60,314 nucleotides of DNA, from NCBI GenBank assembly GCA_965178125.1, contig OZ237760.1, forward strand, positions 868,001-928,314, given 5' to 3'. The notes under the pieces were generated by a model. The model did no database searches. It had not been told where the DNA came from and worked only from the letters and a program-made list of their open reading frames with translations. Each line of letters opens with the position of its first letter. The first letter of the stretch is position 1. The position numbers and the translations under genes are program-made. The DNA comes from Bilabrum cf. latius. Its lineage: Eukaryota. Positions 39,923-51,238 of this stretch are shown here, in pieces.

Positions 39923-40635
39923 ATGGGGGGCCGCGGCAACATGCACACCCTGTTGCTGAGTGGTAAGACAATTTTGCGGACCCAAAGTCGCGAGCCGTAC
40001 GCGTGCAGGGCATGCATTCGTGTGGTACATATCCAGAGAAGCATCAATTCCGCAGGAGGGGGAGATTTCTCGTGTATCCAGAGAACCAGATGCCGTACCA
40101 TGCGTGGCAGTCCATATTGGACCCGCCGCCGTCTTGGGAACCAGCTCTAGCCGCTGGCAGCATGCGACCACCCACGCTGCCACACACTTTATCAGACGGT
40201 ACAGCTGCAGACAGCGGGGGCGGCCCAATAGCGGATGTTGCTGCTGTGGTTAGCGGCGTGGACAGTGGTGCTGCAGTGCCTACCACTGACGTGCGGCGAG
40301 GCCTGCAAGCCGTCGAGGAGTTGCGCGAAGTCCTAATCCGACTTGGGTAGCAAACTAGCTCGGCCGTGGCTGGCGGTAGCAGAGCGAGCGATGGGGCTGG
40401 GCTACCCGGTGGGACCAGTGCACCTGGGGCGGCTCTGGCCCAAGGACAACAGGCTTCTGCAGGCACCCGGGCGGCGGCATCAACACGGCATCAAGCTATG
40501 GTTGCGGGTCCATCGACTGACGGTGGTACTGGTGGTGGGGGTGGAGGCAACTCGGAGGACCAGCTCGGAGATGCCAGTGGTACGGCGGGAACCCCAGTGC
40601 ATGGTCATCGCGGGCTGGGCGCGGAAGGTGATTGA
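39923..40635 (+). CDS. Hypothetical protein, 5' structure unresolved
   Basis: Track ORFs 40003-40350 and 40366-40635 join through TAG 40348 and end in TGA; GC-rich coding-like composition. Start and splicing not resolved. Confidence 0.35.
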
Positions 40636-40807
40636 TTGAGTGCGGAGTTGCATGTTCATTCGTCCCATACTTATCCATTGCACGTGGGCCTAAGACGTTG
40701 TTGCATTGCACGTCACGTTGGACGCCTGTAGAGGTGCAACCCGGAGCCCAGCCGGTTTTGCAGGCGATCCGACGTCAAACATCCTGAGTACTATTCGACT
40801 CAAAGCC

Positions 40808-42034
40808 ATGCTTAGCCTCGCAGCGGCTATATTTTTTGCGTCGAGCTTGCTGGCTCGTGGAAGCAGCCTTCCGTTGAAGCTCGTCCTTCTCGACGAGGCC
40901 GCGAAATCAGCAGGGGCCAAGTGCCTGGATGGCAGCCCTGGCGGCTACTACTGGCGCCAGGCTACTTCGCAAGCAAATGCTACCAAGTACTTGCTAGTGT
41001 TCAACGGTGGAGGTTGGTGCCGGTCCCTTGAAGATTGCGCCGCCAGATCACACACGAAACTGGGATCCTCAACAAAGTGGTCCTCCTCGATCAATGGCGA
41101 AGGCATCACGTCGACGGATCCAGGGCTCAACCCAGGGTTCAATGGGTGGAATGTGGCCTACCTGTACTATTGCGATGGAACCAGCTACTCCTCCAACAAC
41201 GATACGACGTCGTAGTACGGTTCCCAGCAGCTGTTTTTCAGGGGCCGACGCATCCTTGACGGGTTTCTCGAGGACCTCAAGGCGAATCGCGGCCTCGATA
41301 AAGCCACAGAAGTCCTTCTGTCGGGCCATAGCGCCGGCGGGCTGGGTGCCTATCTGCAGGGCGACCACGTGGGTGACTTTGTGAAGGCGAACGCGGCAGC
41401 CGGAGTAAAGTACGGCGTCGCTCCAGACGCGGGCTGGTTCATGCCGCTGCCACAGGCCACAACTGGTAACAATTACTACCACGACTACATAGTGGAGGTG
41501 CTCGGTGTGCTCGGAAACTCGTCTGGCTGGGTGAACGAGGGCTGTGTGGCAGCCCAGGCTGGGCCCGGGGGGGACCCGCACCAGTGCCTGTTCGCGGAGA
41601 ACGTCTTCCAGTACACCAAGTACGACTACATGCCCGTGCAGTCCTCGTACGATTCCTGGCAGTTGCCAAACATCATCGATCTCAAGTGCCTGCCCCCCAA
41701 GTGCAACGCCACGGAGCTGGGCATCGCGCAGGGCTTCCACTAGGCCCTCGTCGCGAGCATGGCCAAGGCGGGCGCGCTGCCTCCTGGGGTGACCAGACCG
41801 CCGGGGGCCTCCAGGCGGGGCAGCTCTGCCTGGGTCATTTCCTGCGTGTCCCACTCGGAGATGTACTACGGGGACTACTTTTAGAACTCGCGCTGGGAGG
41901 CCAACTCCACGTCGGGCAGGCACTCGCTCAGTGACACCGTGGCGGGCTGGTGGCATGGGGCTTCCAACACGGGCGAGCGGTACGGGTGGGACGAGTGTGA
42001 GTGGCCCTGCAACACCGCATGCTAGGACATCTGA
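40808..42034 (+). CDS. Secreted pectin-acetylesterase/Notum-family esterase
   Basis: Signal peptide, AKCLDGSPGGYY, FNGGGWC, WNVAYLYYCDG, LFFRGRRI, VLLSGHSAGGLG (GxSxG), YDSWQ, SCVSH, terminal ECEWPCNTAC. TAG at 41213, 41741, 41882, 42023; stop TGA 42032-42034. Confidence 0.92.
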
Positions 42035-42231
42035 GCGGGAGCTGCATCTGAGCGGGAGCTGCATCTGAGCGGGAGCTGCATCTGAGCGGGAGCTGCATCT
42101 GAGCGGGAGCTGCATCTGAGCTGGAGCTGCATCTGAGCGGGAGCTGCATCTGAGCGGGAGCTGCATCTGAGCGGGAGCTGCATCTGAGCGGGAGCTGCAT
42201 CTGAGCGGGAGCTGCATCTGAGCGGGAGCTG
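42028..42231. repeat. 17-bp minisatellite x12
   Basis: Unit CATCTGAGCGGGAGCTG, one variant copy near 42121; lies between two convergent genes. Confidence 0.95.
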
Positions 42232-42436
42232 CCTTCTCTCTCAGGAGGCGCTTTTCACTTCTTCGAGACTCGTATGCCAGTCACACACAAATTGCGAGAT
42301 AAGACCGAAGAGCCTGCCAGAGGATGGCAACAAGAATTTCTTTGCAAAAAGATTGCCAGAAGATGGCTGGGTGGCAACAAGGATTTCTTTTGTGTCTGGA
42401 ACGACCGCAAGCATGCACGACCAATCGACCTCATCT

Positions 42437-44204
42437 TCAGCTTCCCCCAAACAGCGCATTTGCCACCCCGTCGCTCCTTCCGCCCCCCGCTGCCGCCCCC
42501 CGCGGACCTCCGCGCGCTCCCCGCCCCCCTGCTCTCGGCTGTTCTCGGCTATCCTGCTCCCAAGGGGCCGATGGGCCCCTCCCGCCGCTGCCATCACCGC
42601 CCCTCCGCTGGCCTCCCGCAGGATCGGCCGCCCGCCCCGCGGAGGAGCCACCTCCCCCCACCACCTCAGCGTGCGCCCGCTGCGCCTCCCCCGAGTCCAG
42701 CACACCGTCCCTGTCCGCGTCATAGCTCATCAGCTTGCTCTCGGCGGCATCCATCTCACCTTGGCTCAGCCGGCCGTCCCCGTCCCTGTCGAATTTGCGG
42801 AGCAGCTCCAGCTCTTCAGGCCCCCGCAGAGTACCCCTCGGCAGGAACTCCCTGAGCTTGGCCGCGTGTTCCTGCAGCAGCTGCTGCCTCGCGGCCTCCA
42901 CCACCCGCTTCCGGAACGCATCCCTCGCCTCTGCCTCCGCCTGCGCCCTGGCCTCCATCTCGCGCTGTTCCTCAAAGAGCCGCTTCTTGTGGTCCTGCAG
43001 GGACTCGATCTCCTTCTTGTACTCCACCATGGCCCGCGCCCGGGCCACCTGCGCCTCCTTGTCCTGCCTCTCGTCCTCCTCCATGCGGGCCTTGAACGCG
43101 GCGATGTCCCGGGCCTCCCTCTCCGCCTCCTCCTGCCTGACCTTCTCCTGCACCTCCCTCTGCCTATCGATGCCCTCCATCAGGGCCTTGCGCGCCTCCA
43201 CGCGCTTGCGCTTGTCCGCCTCCAGCGCGTCCATCCGCTTGCGCTCCTCCTCCTCCTCCACCAGCAGCCACCGGAGGTGCTCCTCCTCCTCCTTCTCCCG
43301 CCGCTTGCGCTCCTCCTCCTCCACGATGCTCTGGTAGGCAGAGTCCCGAGCTGCTTGTTCCCTGGCCTTCTGCTCCTTGGCCGCCTCCTCGCGAGCCGCC
43401 TGCTCCCTCGCGAACCGCGCCGCCTCGGCCTCCATGCGCCGCTCCTCCTCCCGCTTGGCAAGCAACTCCCGCTCGCGCTCGGCCTGGAACTTGCGCAGCT
43501 CTCGAGTTGCTCTCTCCCTAGCTTCACGCTGCTCCCTCTACCTGCGGGAGTCCTCCTCCTGCACCTTGGCCACCACCTGCTCCACCTGCTCCCGGTCCCT
43601 CTTGGCCTGCTCCTCGCTCGCGATGAAGATGAAGGCCTCCATCTCGCGACGGAGCCGCTGCTCCTTCACAAGCTCTGCGTCTGCCCTGCGGTCCGCTTCC
43701 AGCTGTGCCTGCTTCTGCGCCTCTGCATGCTCCGCCCTGATCCTCGCCTCCTCCATGGCAGCCTCCAGCCGCTCCTGGCGCTCCCTCTCGGAGCGAGCCA
43801 GGGCCTCGCGCTCCTCTCGCTGGCGCTTCCTCTCCGCGTTTACAGCTGCCAACTTCAGCTTGCTTTGCAGGTCTCTCAACTCGGGGTCGTCCATACAGAT
43901 TCGCTGGACCTCCCTGCGGCGCTGCTCGTCCTCCCTCTTACGTCGCTCGATTTCCAGGGCAAGAGCTGCATCCTGCTCGGCCTATCGAGCCTGCTTTCTC
44001 TGATGGTCCCGAGCTGCTGCAGTCTACTGTGCAAGTACCATCTCAGAGGCTCTCTATGCATGCATGTTTGCTCGGCGCCTCGCTTCGACGGCTGTGTCTC
44101 TGCGAATTGAACGAATGTCGGTAGCAACTCCTATCGATTGGAGGCATGCACTACGCCAGAAACGGGCTGTGCGTTGATTAAGATTACTTGCTTGCGTGCA
44201 CCAT
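42437..44204 (-). CDS. MNS1: MNS1 (TPH-domain axonemal coiled-coil protein) with C-terminal EF-hand pair
   Basis: DDPELRDLQSKLKLAAVNAERKRQ and VVEAARQQLLQEHAAKLREFLPRGTL match the MNS1 N- and C-terminal signatures as recalled. Intron 44187-44100; TAG at 44054, 44024, 43982, 43538; EF loops DRDGDGRLSQGE and DADRDGVLDSGE; stop TGA 42437-42439. Confidence 0.85.
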
Positions 44205-44982
44205 GTAAACTACGGATCAGCCTTACCGAGACAGCGCAGCACCGCCAGTTGACATCTGCGCGCTGAATTTTTTCAGCTCATTAATCTTGGCCTCTTGCTC
44301 GCGCTAGCGGTACACGGCACGATCCCTGGAACTCATAAAGGCTCCACTAGCCTAACGTTGAGCATACCTCGACGAGGACATCTGTTGACCAGTGCTTCCT
44401 TCTCGCTGTTTCACAACGGATTTTACGAAATAAATGCTCGTTTCAATAGAAAATCCGGTATAATAAATGGCCTGATTTCAGCCTACAAGCATGGTAGTCT
44501 TGCGTATTTGATGGAATTGATGTAAGTGAATCATATTTTGGCTCGATACGTGGCATTCTTTGTCTTGGTTGTTAATTCCCTTGTCAAGACAACTTTGAAA
44601 AACCCTGCTGCAACTGAAAATAGCGACCCAACGCACTCAAGCTACACGATGTATTAACTTAAACGGTTATCCATACACTTGCAGAATGATTTTATGTCGA
44701 TTATGATACAGAGGTACTCTTTGGGGACCATATGATACAGTGGACGGCCCCTCAATGCGACTTCAGACATGTCACTATTCAATCAAAACTGTTATTTTGT
44801 CATCTTCTATATTTGCCTGCTTTCCAAAATCAAATATTGAGCTGGTTCCATTTGATAGAACATGATAGGTTGATTGCAACAAAAGGCGCGCTGAGCCACC
44901 ATTCCAAAGCGCTGTCCTGTGACAGAGGGCTACCCTAACCTTAACCATAAAGGCCGCGCAACTAAGCTCTGTCCTACCACTA

Positions 44983-45226
44983 CCCGCGCATCCACACCTC
45001 CCATCCACCGCGCTGTCCCACCACTGCCCGCGCATCCACACCCCCCATCCACCGCGCTGTCCCGCCACTGCCCGCGCATCCACACCCCCCATCCACCGCG
45101 CTGTCCCGCCACTGCCCGCGCATCCCACCTCCCATCCACCGCGCTGTCCCGTCACTTCCCACGCATCCACACCTCCCATCCACCGCGCTGTCCCGTCACT
45201 GCCCGCTCATCCACACCTCCCATCCA
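44983..45226. repeat. C-rich 44-bp subtelomeric minisatellite, ~5.5 copies
   Basis: Unit ~CCCGCGCATCCACACCTCCCATCCACCGCGCTGTCCCGCCACTG at 44983, 45027, 45071, 45115, 45158, 45202; directly abuts telomere array 1. Confidence 0.92.
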
Positions 45227-45229
45227 TTT

Positions 45230-45955
45230 TTAGGGTTAGGGTTAGGGTTAGGGTTAGGGTTAGGGTTAGGGTTAGGGTTAGGGTTAGGGTTAGGGTTAGG
45301 GTTAGGGTTAGGGTTAGGGTTAGGGTTAGGGTTAGGGTTAGGGTTAGGGTTAGGGTTAGGGTTAGGGTTAGGGTTAGGGTTAGGGTTAGGGTTAGGGTTA
45401 GGGTTAGGGTTAGGGTTAGGGTTAGGGTTAGGGTTAGGGTTAGGGTTAGGGTTAGGGTTAGGGTTAGGGTTAGGGTTAGGATTAGGGTTAGGGTTAGGGT
45501 TAGGGTTAGGGTTAGGGTTAGGGTTAGGGTTAGGGTTAGGGTTAGGGTTAGGGTTAGGGTTAGGGTTAGGGTTAGGGTTAGGGTTAGGGTTAGGGTTAGG
45601 GTTAGGGTTAGGGTTAGGGTTAGGGTTAGGGTTAGGGTTAGGGTTAGGGTTAGGGTTAGGGTTAGGGTTAGGGTTAGGGTTAGGGTTAGGGTTAGGGTTA
45701 GGGTTAGGGTTAGGGTTAGGGTTAGGGTTAGGGTTAGGGTTAGGGTTAGGGTTAGGGTTAGGGTTAGGGTTAGGGTTAGGGTTAGGGTTAGGGTTAGGGT
45801 TAGGGTTAGGGTTAGGGTTAGGGTTAGGGTTAGGGTTAGGGTTAGGGTTAGGGTTAGGGTTAGGGTTAGGGTTAGGGTTAGGGTTAGGGTTAGGGTTAGG
45901 GTTAGGGTTAGGGTTAGGGTTAGGGTTAGGGTTAGGGTTAGGGTTAGGGTTAGGG
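45230..45955 (+). repeat. Interstitial telomeric array 1, (TTAGGG) x~121
   Basis: Read directly; one TTAGGA variant near 45481. Confidence 0.99.
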
Positions 45956-47100
45956 TATCTAATATAAAGTCAGGGACAGGGTCGGGGAAAAAATATTTTC
46001 ATCTTCATTTTTTTGTCGAAAATGTGCCCTCTGCGATCTCAGCAACTAGAATAGGTATGAAGATGATTCAAACTGTTTTGGGATGGCCTAGGGCCATATC
46101 ATGGGGCAAATGTTCCCCAGGTTCCGTTTTGACCGCGCGGCGACGATACTGGCTGATGAAGATTTACATGCCGAAAATGTGCCCTCTGCGATCTCAGCAA
46201 CTAGAATAGGTATGAAGATGATTCAAACTGTTTTGGGATGGCCTAGGGCCATATCATGGGGCAAATGTTCCCCAGGTTCCGTTTTGACCGTGCGGCGACG
46301 ATACTGGCTGATGAAGATTTACATGCCGAAAATGTGCCCTCTGCGATCTCAGCAACTAGAATAGGTATGAAGATGATTCAAACTGTTTTGGGACGGCCTA
46401 GGGCCATATCATGGGGCAAATGTTCCCCAGGTTCCGTTTTGACCGCGCGGCGACGATACTGGCTGATGAAGATTTACATGCCGAAAATGTGCCCTCTGCG
46501 ATCTCAGCAACTAGAATAGGTATGAAGATGATTCAAACTGTTTTGGGACGGCCTAGGGCCATATCATGGGGCAAATGTTCCCCAGGTTCCGTTTTGACCG
46601 CGCGGCGACGATACTGGCTGATGAAGATTTACATGCCGAAAATGTGCCCTCTGCGATCTCAGCAACTAGAATAGGTATGAAGATGATTCAAACTGTTTTG
46701 GGACGGCCTAGGGCCATATCATGGGGCAAATGTTCCCCAGGTTCCGTTTTGACCGCGCGGCGACGATACTGGCTGATGAAGATTTACATGCCGAAAATGT
46801 GCCCTCTGCGATCTCAGCAACTAGAATAGGTATGAAGATGATTCAAACTGTTTTGGGACGGCCTAGGGCCATATCATGGGGCAAATGTTCCCCAGGTTCC
46901 ATTTTGACCGCGCGGCGACGATACTGGCTGATGAAGATTTACATGCCGAAAATGTGCCCTCTGCGATCTCAGCAACTAGAATAGGTATGAAGATGATTCA
47001 AACTATTTTGGGACGGCCTAGGGCCATATCATGGGGCAAATGTTTGCCAGGGTTTGTTTACATCATGCAGCGGAAGTATGGAGTTTTCAAACTCACCCGG
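45956..47100. mobile_element. Telomere-associated unit A (short truncated copy of unit B)
   Basis: Starts TATCTAATATAAAGTCAGGGACAGGGTCGGGG, then 155-bp satellite, ends at ...AAACTCACCCGG where unit B continues. Mobility is inferred from the architecture only. Confidence 0.6.
46018..47044. repeat. 155-bp satellite family 1, ~6.6 copies
   Basis: Period of 155 bp, seen directly and in the identical spurious ORFs at 46101, 46256, 46411, 46566, 46721, 46876. Confidence 0.97.
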
Positions 47101-47573
47101 TAGGGTAGGGGTTAGGGTTAGGGTTAGGGTTAGGGTTAGGGTTAGGGTTAGGGTTAGGGTTAGGGTTAGGGTTAGGGTTAGGGTTAGGGTTAGGGTTAGG
47201 GTTAGGGTTAGGGTTAGGGTTAGGGTTAGGGTTAGGGTTAGGGTTAGGGCTAGGGTTAGGGTTAGGGTTAGGGTTAGGGTTAGGGTTAGGGTTAGGGTTA
47301 GGGTTAGGGTTAGGGTTAGGGTTAGGGTTAGGGTTAGGGTTAGGGTTAGGGTTAGGGTTAGGGTTAGGGTTAGGGTTAGGGTTAGGGTTAGGGTTAGGGT
47401 TAGGGTTAGGGTTAGGGTTAGGGTTAGGGTTAGGGTTAGGGTTAGGGTTAGGGTTAGGGTTAGGGTTAGGGTTAGGGTTAGGGTTAGGGTTAGGGTTAGG
47501 GTTAGGGTTAGGGTTAGGGTTAGGGTTAGGGTTAGGGTTAGGGTTAGGGTTAGGGTTAGGGTTAGGGTTAGGG
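47101..47573 (+). repeat. Interstitial telomeric array 2
   Basis: Begins with irregular TAGGGTAGGGG, then (TTAGGG)n; one CTAGGG variant at 47250. Confidence 0.99.
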
Positions 47574-47635
47574 TATCTAATATAAAGTCAGGGACAGGGT
47601 CGGGGAAAAAATATTTTCATCTTCATTTTTTTGTC

Positions 47636-49126
47636 GAAAATGTGCCCTCTGCGATCTCAGCAACTAGAATAGGTATGAAGATGATTCAAACTGTTTTGGG
47701 ATGGCCTAGGGCCATATCATGGGGCAAATGTTCCCCAGGTTCCGTTTTGACCGCGCGGCGACGATACTGGCTGATGAAGATTTACATGCCGAAAATGTGC
47801 CCTCTGCGATCTCAGCAACTAGAATAGGTATGAAGATGATTCAAACTGTTTTGGGATGGCCTAGGGCCATATCATGGGGCAAATGTTCCCCAGGTTCCGT
47901 TTTGACCGTGCGGCGACGATACTGGCTGATGAAGATTTACATGCCGAAAATGTGCCCTCTGCGATCTCAGCAACTAGAATAGGTATGAAGATGATTCAAA
48001 CTGTTTTGGGACGGCCTAGGGCCATATCATGGGGCAAATGTTCCCCAGGTTCCGTTTTGACCGCGCGGCGACGATACTGGCTGATGAAGATTTACATGCC
48101 GAAAATGTGCCCTCTGCGATCTCAGCAACTAGAATAGGTATGAAGATGATTCAAACTGTTTTGGGACGGCCTAGGGCCATATCATGGGGCAAATGTTCCC
48201 CAGGTTCCGTTTTGACCGCGCGGCGACGATACTGGCTGATGAAGATTTACATGCCGAAAATGTGCCCTCTGCGATCTCAGCAACTAGAATAGGTATGAAG
48301 ATGATTCAAACTGTTTTGGGATGGCCTAGGGCCATATCATGGGGCAAATGTTCCCCAGGTTCCGTTTTGACCGCGCGGCGACGATACTGGCTGATGAAGA
48401 TTTACATGCCGAAAATGTGCCCTCTGCGATCTCAGCAACTAGAATAGGTATGAAGATGATTCAAACTGTTTTGGGACGGCCTAGGGCCATATCATGGGGC
48501 AAATGTTCCCCAGGTTCCGTTTTGACCGCGCGGCGACGATACTGGCTGATGAAGATTTACATGCCGAAAATGTGCCCTCTGCGATCTCAGCAACTAGAAT
48601 AGGTATGAAGATGATTCAAACTGTTTTGGGACGGCCTAGGGCCATATCATGGGGCAAATGTTCCCCAGGTTCCGTTTTGACCGCGCGGCGACGATACTGG
48701 CTGATGAAGATTTACATGCCGAAAATGTGCCCTCTGCGATCTCAGCAACTAGAATAGGTATGAAGATGATTCAAACTGTTTTGGGATGGCCTAGGGCCAT
48801 ATCATGGGGCAAATGTTCCCCAGGTTCCGTTTTGACCGCGCGGCGACGATACTGGCTGATGAAGATTTACATGCCGAAAATGTGCCCTCTGCGATCTCAG
48901 CAACTAGAATAGGTATGAAGATGATTCAAACTGTTTTGGGACGGCCTAGGGCCATATCATGGGGCAAATGTTCCCCAGGTTCCGTTTTGACCGCGCGGCG
49001 ACGATACTGGCTGATGAAGATTTACATGCCGAAAATGTGCCCTCTGCGATCTCAGCAACTAGAATAGGTATGAAGATGATTCAAACTGTTTTGGGACGGC
49101 CTAGGGCCATATCATGGGGCAAATGT
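47636..49126. repeat. 155-bp satellite family 1, ~9.6 copies
   Basis: Period of 155 bp; the first two copies carry the same variants as in unit A. Confidence 0.97.
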
Positions 49127-49493
49127 TTGCCAGGGTTTGTTTACATCATGCAGCGGAAGTATGGAGTTTTCAAACTCACCCGGTGGGGGTTTGCAAACCT
49201 ACCCAAGGGGGTCTACAAACCTACACTGCTTGGTTCGAGAAGCTAGCGGTTATTGACCGATGTTAGATGCCATGGCTCGTTCTACCTAGCTATTTGTATG
49301 CGTTAAACCCACTTTGCTAGATACATTGCTTTGATATCAGGCTTCCATTGGGTGATGGTCAAGACTAAACAGAATGCCTCCTGGCTCGTACAAATGCGTC
49401 CTAAATTGGATCACTGGCAGGCACTTTGGCAAACTCCTCTCACAAGCTGGCCCAGCTGCCACTGACCGCAATTGCCATCCGATTGGCTGCTTT

Positions 49494-51026
49494 TCACTCG
49501 TCATCGGAGGAGGGTTCCGCACCGACAGCTGCCAGGAGCGCCTCCACAGCGTCCACGTCTGCCGCATTGAGATCTCCTTCCGCCGTCTTCTCGAGGGCCG
49601 TCATCAGGTCTGCGAGCATGCCCAATCCGTGGTCCCTCTCTTGAATTGTTTCCTGCACGTCCTCGACCATGTCGTCGAGAGTCCGGCTGACGCCCAGCGC
49701 GGTGTCATCGCAGGCAGTGAGGATGCGGTCCACCAGGTGCCGCTGCTAGTCGGTGAAGCCGTTGTCCTCCACTCCACCGTCGTTCTCAGAGTCGTCTTGC
49801 TGGTTCTGGGCCTCGTTCTCTTCTTCCTCATCCAGCTCGTCCCCATCCTCCTCGTCCTGCTGCACGAGCCCTATCGGAGCCTCATCCTCGTCCTGCTCTT
49901 CGGCTGCGTCTACGTGGTACCGACCACCGATGTCCTCTTCATCTTCCTCAGAGTCCTGTCGAGGCAGTGATGCTGCTGCTCCACTCCTTGCGCCACTTGC
50001 TCCCCTCTTCTCCTGTTCAACGGCGTGGCGAGCTCCTCCGCCATAGGCCGGTTGGAGAACGGGCGATCGCTTGGGTTGCATCTTAGCCGGAGGCGCGGCT
50101 TCAGCGTGCCTGCCCTATGGCTCTGCTGATCGGGCACCCTTGTTCTTCGCCTTGCCCTTCGACTTGCTCTTCGACTTGCCCGCGGCCTTGGTCCTGGCCT
50201 TAAGTTTGGCCTTTGCCTTTTCCTTTCTCTCGGCCTCCGCCACTCGCTTGGCTCTGAGAAGATCGTGGAGTGCTTGCTCGGTCTATGAGTCGCTGGACTC
50301 TGAGTCGTCCAGATCCATCCCGCCTTGCTCCCTCCGGGCCGTGGTGGCGCTGTGCTCCGCGACATCCTCGTCGTCGTCGTCGTCGTCGTCGTCCATGGCA
50401 CTCCGCTTGCCCTTTCGCGTACGGGGTGCACTACTAGGTGCGGCAGCAGCGGCTCCCGAAGAACCACCTTGATCTCCTGCTGAATCCTCGGCAGAGTCGT
50501 CAGCCGGCAACTCGAATACGTCCTGGAAGACAGCCTGCATGCCTCCGCGACCACGCACAGAGGCCTTCCCAGCTCCGTAGTCGCAGATGAACTTGATCGC
50601 TTCGTTGTAGGTGTTCTTCCTCAGGCCTTTCATGCCTGCCTTGAACCACTGGTTCTTGGTCACCGAGTAGTCGCACTCGCGCAGGCCCATGAGCAGCTGC
50701 TTCATCCTCCGAAAGCCTGGCGAGCTGGAGCCGCTGGTTGATGCAGCCGGGTACAGGCGACGGTTCAGCGACTCGAGCACGCCAGACGGCAGCTTGGACT
50801 CATCCAGCGCCAGGATGGCATCCACACAGGCCTTGATGCCCGCCTTCTTGGTCCCTTCGTAGTGCTCCGTAGACCCGCAGAGCAGCCCACAGTCTTGGTG
50901 GAGGCCCACGAGGGAGATCAGCAGGACCTGCTTGGCCGCGGACGTGGCGACGCCTGAAGCCAGGGCGGCCACGACAGGGCGAGACTTGCTGGTGTGCTTG
51001 ACGCTGTAGCTCTTTGCGGCGGCCAT
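49494..51026 (-). CDS. Orphan element protein, paralog B (~510 aa)
   Basis: ATG 51026 (MAAAKSYSVKHT), TAG at 50283, 50115, 49746, stop TGA 49494-49496; colinear with the paralog at 52841-54421. Confidence 0.78.
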
Positions 51027-51238
51027 GGTACTCTGCGGTGACAGGGGAACACGGGTGAGGTCACGAACAGGCGCTTGGATGCGGCAGGGAACACGGACAT
51101 GAGACCCAGGGATATTCCAGGGCAAGCTCGAGGGGCAAAAAAAAAAAGGACACAACCCCGCCCACTCGGTCTCAGACCCGGGACCCATGATGTTGGGTCG
51201 GTTCTCCAGTCGTGGGGGCCCGGGCCCCAGCCCAGAAT

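Larger units (their letters stand above)
47574..51238. mobile_element. Telomere-associated unit B
   Basis: Same left end as unit A, satellite family 1, minus-strand orphan ORF; ends at ...CAGCCCAGAA where the homologous unit C continues. Confidence 0.62.

Noticed and set aside
710-44204. Cluster of pseudogenes or sequencing errors as the cause of internal stops
   Set aside because: All internal stops are TAG, with no TAA, TGA or frameshifts, and they occur in intact essential genes such as GluRS and CEP120. Decay or error would not be codon-specific.
710-44204. A-to-I editing (UAG to Trp), pyrrolysine, or the ciliate-type UAR=Gln code
   Set aside because: TAG sites do not fall at conserved Trp positions; they are too many and too scattered for Pyl and no pyl genes are in view; TAA is never seen in frame and ends three genes.
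46018-49126. Hammerhead ribozyme in the satellite (CTGATGA...GAAA on the + strand)
   Set aside because: The bases between CTGATGA and GAAA do not form stem II, family 2 has CTCGATGA instead, and I found no core on the minus strand. An Infernal search would settle it.
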